Source: Candidatus Obscuribacterales bacterium (lineage in GTDB: Bacteria > Cyanobacteriota > Vampirovibrionia > Obscuribacterales > Obscuribacteraceae). From it: 64,000 bases of DNA. The notes under the pieces are model-generated. The model was not told the DNA's origin. It was given only the letters and a program-made list of their open reading frames with translations, and searched no databases. This document shows positions 60,111 to 64,000 of the stretch, one piece after another. The first letter of the stretch is position 1. Each line of letters begins with the position of its first letter. The position numbers and the translations under genes were made by a program. Where the stretch lies: NCBI GenBank assembly GCA_965228855.1, contig CBDDIJ010000002.1, positions 608,001-672,000 on the forward strand. Reading direction: 5' to 3'.

Positions 60111-60785
60111 ATGCAAACCAATTCGGTATCCACTCAGTCCGACACCAAATCCGGAGTCGGCGTCACTGTCGAAGCCCTCGACCCGAAAAGCTACACCGAC
60201 CTGATCAAGCGCCGCAAGCCCGGTCAGAAGTATCGGCCGGCGCAGGGCAACGAGCGAGCGATCCAGGTGAACTACAAGGACCTGATCGTCCTGGCGCGTT
60301 TCCACAATGAGAAGTTCGGAAAAGTCGCACAAGCTGTCGACTCTCAAGTGGAAGGTTTTCTGCAGCAGACGATCGACGCCTCGGATTTCACCGGCAAGCA
60401 GGGTGAGACGCTCGTCGTCGATCTCGAGGCGCACGGTCTGGGTTCCGGCAACGCGCGCAAGGTTTTGATCGTCGGATTGGGCAACCGTCCGGACTACGAG
60501 CAGCTCGTTTTCTGTGGCTTCGTCAGCGCCGTCCTCAATGAGAGCGCGGCGCTCAATGTGGAACAGGTGCTGCTTCCCCTGGACGACGTCGCAAGCGCGG
60601 CAACCGCAGCCAGATTCGCATCCGTGCTGCAGTGCCGGACCGACCATCATCTCGCGACCGCCGTCGAACATGGACGGCTCAAGAAGATTCGAATCGTCGT
60701 CGCGCCCGAGTCATTCGCGGCGGCGGAAGCCGCTTTGCGTTCCAAACAACAGCTCTGCCGCGTCTGCAGCGAGCCGGAACTCTAA
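60111..60785 (+). CDS. Stand-alone leucyl-aminopeptidase (M17) N-terminal-like domain protein with C-terminal CxxC
   Basis: DFTGKQGETLVV...RKVLIVGLG; no M17 catalytic domain; AGGAG RBS. Confidence 0.68.
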   Translation: MQTNSVSTQSDTKSGVGVTVEALDPKSYTDLIKRRKPGQKYRPAQGNERAIQVNYKDLIVLARFHNEKFGKVAQAVDSQVEGFLQQTIDASDFTGKQGETLVVDLEAHGLGSGNARKVLIVGLGNRPDYEQLVFCGFVSAVLNESAALNVEQVLLPLDDVASAATAARFASVLQCRTDHHLATAVEHGRLKKIRIVVAPESFAAAEAALRSKQQLCRVCSEPEL

Positions 60786-60803
60786 CAATCACTGGAGAAT
60801 CTC

Positions 60804-61424
60804 GTGAGAAAAACCCGAAACCAAGCGAGCACCGTTCAATTTGACGGACTCGCGATTACGTTTTCCGTGAACCCGGTTTTCAGGGCTCACAACGACCTTC
60901 TCGCCGATGTCGAAACCGACTTGCTGCTGCTGGAGCTGCACGCGCACAAGCATCTCGGCGGCGGTCCCAAAAGGATTGACACCATCCTCGGTGGCGCACT
61001 GACCGAAGCGATCGGCAGTCACGGTTTCACCGGAGAGCTCGGTCAGACTCTGCTGCTGGAATTGCCGCAGCACAAAATCAAGAACGTGCTCGTCGTCGGC
61101 GCCGGCACCGACAATGGAAGCGGTCGCTCGATCCTGTGCGCGACCATCGCCCTTTTGATCGAAACCGCTCGGCGCCTCGATGCGAAGAAGGTCACTCTGC
61201 CGGTCTTTCCCGGCGGTCTCGAGCATTCATTGATGGGCACCATGGCGATCCTGCAGTGCCGTCTGCGCCAGATTCAGAGCGCGGAGAAAGGTCTCGGCGT
61301 CCTTCGCGAGCTGGAGATCCTCTCGACTCCGCAAGCGAAGAATCGCCTTCTCGAGGGTCTGTCGACCACAGACCGTCTCTGCCCGACTTGCTCCCATCCG
61401 CAGCTTCACACCAAAACCCTCTGA
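60804..61424 (+). CDS. Second stand-alone M17-N-like protein with C-terminal CxxC
   Basis: IDTILGGALTEAI....FTGELGQTLLL.....IKNVLVVGAG; GTG start with GGAG. Confidence 0.68.
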   Translation: MRKTRNQASTVQFDGLAITFSVNPVFRAHNDLLADVETDLLLLELHAHKHLGGGPKRIDTILGGALTEAIGSHGFTGELGQTLLLELPQHKIKNVLVVGAGTDNGSGRSILCATIALLIETARRLDAKKVTLPVFPGGLEHSLMGTMAILQCRLRQIQSAEKGLGVLRELEILSTPQAKNRLLEGLSTTDRLCPTCSHPQLHTKTL

Positions 61425-61438
61425 CCAGGAGATCCACT

Positions 61439-62014
61439 ATGTCCAAGAAAAACACCACGCTTCAGGGCATTCGCCTCTCGACCATGAAGCATCAGCTCAA
61501 GGCGCTCGCCAGCCAGGTCGACGCCATCAAGAAGCTCGACTGCGAGCATCACGAGGGTCTGGATCTCGGCGTCGACCCCGAACTCGCCAACATCCAGCAC
61601 TTCTCGCGCCGCCTCGCTTCCCGGGCGGAGACCATCGTCATAAAGTCGCGCGAGAACCGGCTCGAAGGTGTTCGCGTCCTTCTCGACAAGATGCGTGAAG
61701 ATGTGACTTATCTGCTCGAGCACGCCGAAGCGTTCCGCGCACATGCCAACGATCGTGCCGGCGCGCACCTGCGCGAGATCCTTCACGTCGACCCGGCCGA
61801 GGTCGACCGCTGCGAGGTCAGCGGCACCGCTTTCACGCACGCCGGTGTGAGCTGCTTCAAAGCCGAAACCAGCCAGTACCACACCATCGAGATGCAGGTG
61901 CGAGCGCTGGTGCACCTGGCTCTGGAAATCGCCTACTTCGCCGGCGACGAAGTGGGCTTGAGCAAGGAGGAGGTTGCCGGAAAGCTGGCCGCGCAGCCGG
62001 TCGCGAAGGTCTGA
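61439..62014 (+). CDS. Helical His/Cys-containing hypothetical protein, third gene of the operon
   Basis: AGGAG RBS, ATG 61439, GC3-rich, 191 aa. Confidence 0.75.
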   Translation: MSKKNTTLQGIRLSTMKHQLKALASQVDAIKKLDCEHHEGLDLGVDPELANIQHFSRRLASRAETIVIKSRENRLEGVRVLLDKMREDVTYLLEHAEAFRAHANDRAGAHLREILHVDPAEVDRCEVSGTAFTHAGVSCFKAETSQYHTIEMQVRALVHLALEIAYFAGDEVGLSKEEVAGKLAAQPVAKV

Positions 62015-62035
62015 CCGTCTAGCGGTTGCCCACCG

Positions 62036-62070
62036 GAGGCGGGACGCGCATATGCGTCCCGCCTCTCTTC
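62036..62070 (+). terminator. Terminator-like hairpin
   Basis: GAGGCGGGACGC-GCATAT-GCGTCCCGCCTC then TCTTC. Confidence 0.7.
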
Positions 62071-62080
62071 CCCCGCTCGC

Positions 62081-62315
62081 CTCCTACTATAGAACTCCGC
62101 ATTAATAGGATGTACAAACCCCGACCTGTACTGGCTTCGCTAAGCAATCGTTAAAACCGCATTCCTACTATAGAACTCCGCACTGACAGGACGTGCAAAC
62201 CTCGACCTGTACTGGCTTCGCAAAGCAGTCGCTAAAACTGCTCCTACTATAGAACTCCGCATTAACAAAACGCGCAGACTCCGACGTATCCTGGCTTCGC
62301 AAAGCGGTCGCTAAA
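62081..62315 (+). repeat. ~80-bp degenerate tandem repeat x3 starting CCTACTATAGAACTCCGCA
   Basis: Units at 62081, 62162, 62241; shared CTGGCTTCGC.AAGC..TCG.TAAA. Confidence 0.92.
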
Positions 62316-62329
62316 TTTATCAACGGGTT

Positions 62330-62381
62330 TGTCTACGCCAGAGCGACGAAATTCACCAAATCCGTCAATCCCTCGTAGACA
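62330..62381. repeat. Copy of the ~54-bp palindrome family
   Basis: TGTCTACGCCAGAGCGACGAAATTCACCAAATCCGTCAATCCCTCGTAGACA. Confidence 0.8.
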
Positions 62382-62520
62382 CAACCCGAAATCGGAAACA
62401 TGCAGACTCTTGCAAAACGCCAACCTCTGGGCATCTTCAGAGAATCTAGTCCACTCTTTTCTATAGTAGCAAATCGAAGGAGTCAGGAGCGGCGGAGATT
62501 GACCCACCGCTCCTGTTCGT

Positions 62521-63252
62521 TCAGCCGCCGCGGCGCAGACCGACAGCCCGCGCGAGCATCAGCAGGATCGACTTGAACAGACCCGGGCGCTCGGCGTCTT
62601 CGCGACGCAGAAGTTCCCGGCGGTCTTCGTCGAGGTACGGATTGCTCTGCCGCTCCTTGCCGATGGTCGTATGCGGTCCGTGTCCCGGGATGACTTTCGT
62701 CTCGTCGGGGAGCGTCATCAGCCGATCGAGCGACGCGAAGATCTTCTCGATAGAACCTCCGGGAAAACGCCACTGCCCGATCGAACCGGCGAATAGAGTG
62801 TCGCCGGAGAAAAGCAGGCTGTTGTTCGCGACGTGGAAGCAGCAGGCGCCGGGCGAATGGCCCGGCGTGTGCATCACGTGCGCAGCGATGCTGCCGGCTT
62901 CGACAACATCGCCCTCGCAGAGCCAGCGGTTCGGACGAGGCGGTCTCGGGCTGAACGAACCACCGAAGAGCTTAGTCTGCACGGGCGTGAGCCGATACAG
63001 CCAGGCGTCTTTGCGATGGATGGCGATCTTGGCGCCGGTCGCCCTCTGCACCTCGCGAGCCGCAAGCACATGGTCGAAGTGACCGTGCGTGATCAGGATC
63101 TGGCGCACGTTAAGCCCGAGGGCTTTGACGCGAGCCAGGATTTTGTCCGCGTCTCCACCGGGGTCGACGATCAACGCCTCGCGCGTTTCCGGGCACCCGA
63201 TAATCGAACAGTTGCAGTCCACCGGACCGGTCTCAAACGATTCGAGAATCAT
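62521..63252 (-). CDS. Metallo-beta-lactamase-fold hydrolase (glyoxalase II/YcbL-like)
   Basis: IVDPGG, THGHFDHV, HTPGHSPG, FSGDTLF, PGHG; start could be further upstream (63327). Confidence 0.92.
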   Translation of the reverse strand: MILESFETGPVDCNCSIIGCPETREALIVDPGGDADKILARVKALGLNVRQILITHGHFDHVLAAREVQRATGAKIAIHRKDAWLYRLTPVQTKLFGGSFSPRPPRPNRWLCEGDVVEAGSIAAHVMHTPGHSPGACCFHVANNSLLFSGDTLFAGSIGQWRFPGGSIEKIFASLDRLMTLPDETKVIPGHGPHTTIGKERQSNPYLDEDRRELLRREDAERPGLFKSILLMLARAVGLRRGG

Positions 63253-63430
63253 TCCAATGGGTCTCCTTTTGTCACTTTCCGCAGCGCAAGCACTTCGGGA
63301 AGCCTGTTTCTGTTTTAACGACACCACTCACGGTATCACAACATCTTACTCGGTCGGCGCTGCACCGAAGTCGTGTATCAGAGGGCAAGCGATGTTTGGA
63401 ACGACAGATGCGACCACCAAGCCCAGCGCC

Positions 63431-63979
63431 CTAGGCGCCGACGACCTGCTCGAAGCCCTCGGGCGCCGGAGCCTTTTCCGCCATGCGCTCGACCTGCTTG
63501 CAGCGGTAGCCTTCGTGAAGAAGCAACCACTGGAAGGCGCCGAATTGCACGCTGGCGCGACCGTCACCGCCCGCCTTGCCGCTCAGACTGCTGAGTTCTT
63601 CAACGGTCCAGGGACAATCGGTTTCAAACAGAACCGGCGTGATTGCGCCCTTCCGGTTGCCCTCCAGATAGACGAGTTGACGAAGCGGATTCGCCTCGTC
63701 CCTGGCGAGCAGCGCGTCGATGCGCGGAGTGACGCCGATGGTGGCGGCTTCGACTTCCTGGCGCAGCTCGACGAGGTCGATGCTGTCGAGCCAGGTCCGG
63801 TCGAACCGCTGCAGACGAAGCGGCGCCCGTGTGCCGGTGTCGACACTCCTGCCGTCGGCGCCGCGGTGATAGACCACGCGTTCACCATCGACGACATCGA
63901 TGAGTTCGGCGCGGTTGCGGACGACGAGAATCAGTGCCTGCTCGTTGATGAACAGCAGGCGACGTTTTGAATCGCTCAT
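63431..63979 (-). CDS. Hypothetical protein
   Basis: AGGAG RBS, GC3-rich frame, 182 aa. Confidence 0.7.
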   Translation of the reverse strand: MSDSKRRLLFINEQALILVVRNRAELIDVVDGERVVYHRGADGRSVDTGTRAPLRLQRFDRTWLDSIDLVELRQEVEAATIGVTPRIDALLARDEANPLRQLVYLEGNRKGAITPVLFETDCPWTVEELSSLSGKAGGDGRASVQFGAFQWLLLHEGYRCKQVERMAEKAPAPEGFEQVVGA

Positions 63980-64000
63980 GAATGGAACTCCTATCGGTTA

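Noticed and set aside
1..64000. tRNA, rRNA, transposase or integrase genes
   Set aside because: No cloverleaf with a T-loop/anticodon arrangement, rRNA-like stretch, or DDE/HUH/tyrosine-recombinase motif was recognised. Visual inspection could miss divergent cases.

Overview
Bacterial chromosomal window, probably from a non-photosynthetic cyanobacterial relative (Vampirovibrionia/'Melainabacteria', Obscuribacterales-like). This is inferred from the cyanobacterial-type insert in GatB (AGKLVHAGAAGLHGSDYSLVDYNR) and the general gene content; no search was run. The left ~25 kb has mixed third-codon positions and encodes a CAP protein, mlaEFD, two NlpC/P60/CHAP-like proteins, an orphan FitA-like antitoxin, a beta-helix protein, gatB, an M23 peptidase, a TPR protein, a haemagglutinin-like adhesin, a PQQ-type beta-propeller and an HU with a lysine-rich tail. 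The right ~39 kb is dominated by visibly GC3-rich genes separated by long intergenic regions: MgtC, DAGK, two PlsC, pepF, MFS, GH25, GNAT, dsbD plus thioredoxin, a 4-TM FtsH, an ABC-GH144-GH1 cluster, TerC, a tandem-EAD1 protein, two stand-alone M17-N-domain proteins and an MBL hydrolase. The most striking unexplained structure, seen only in the right part, is a recurring composite intergenic element. It consists of an oriented CTACTATA motif just downstream of terminator hairpins, a ~52-56 bp palindrome family about 75-100 bp inward, and local tandem duplications anchored on the motif. It occurs 'empty' (48665-48899, 62244-62469) and apparently bracketing cargo genes (33265-36526). No rRNA, tRNA, CRISPR array, transposase or integrase was recognised.
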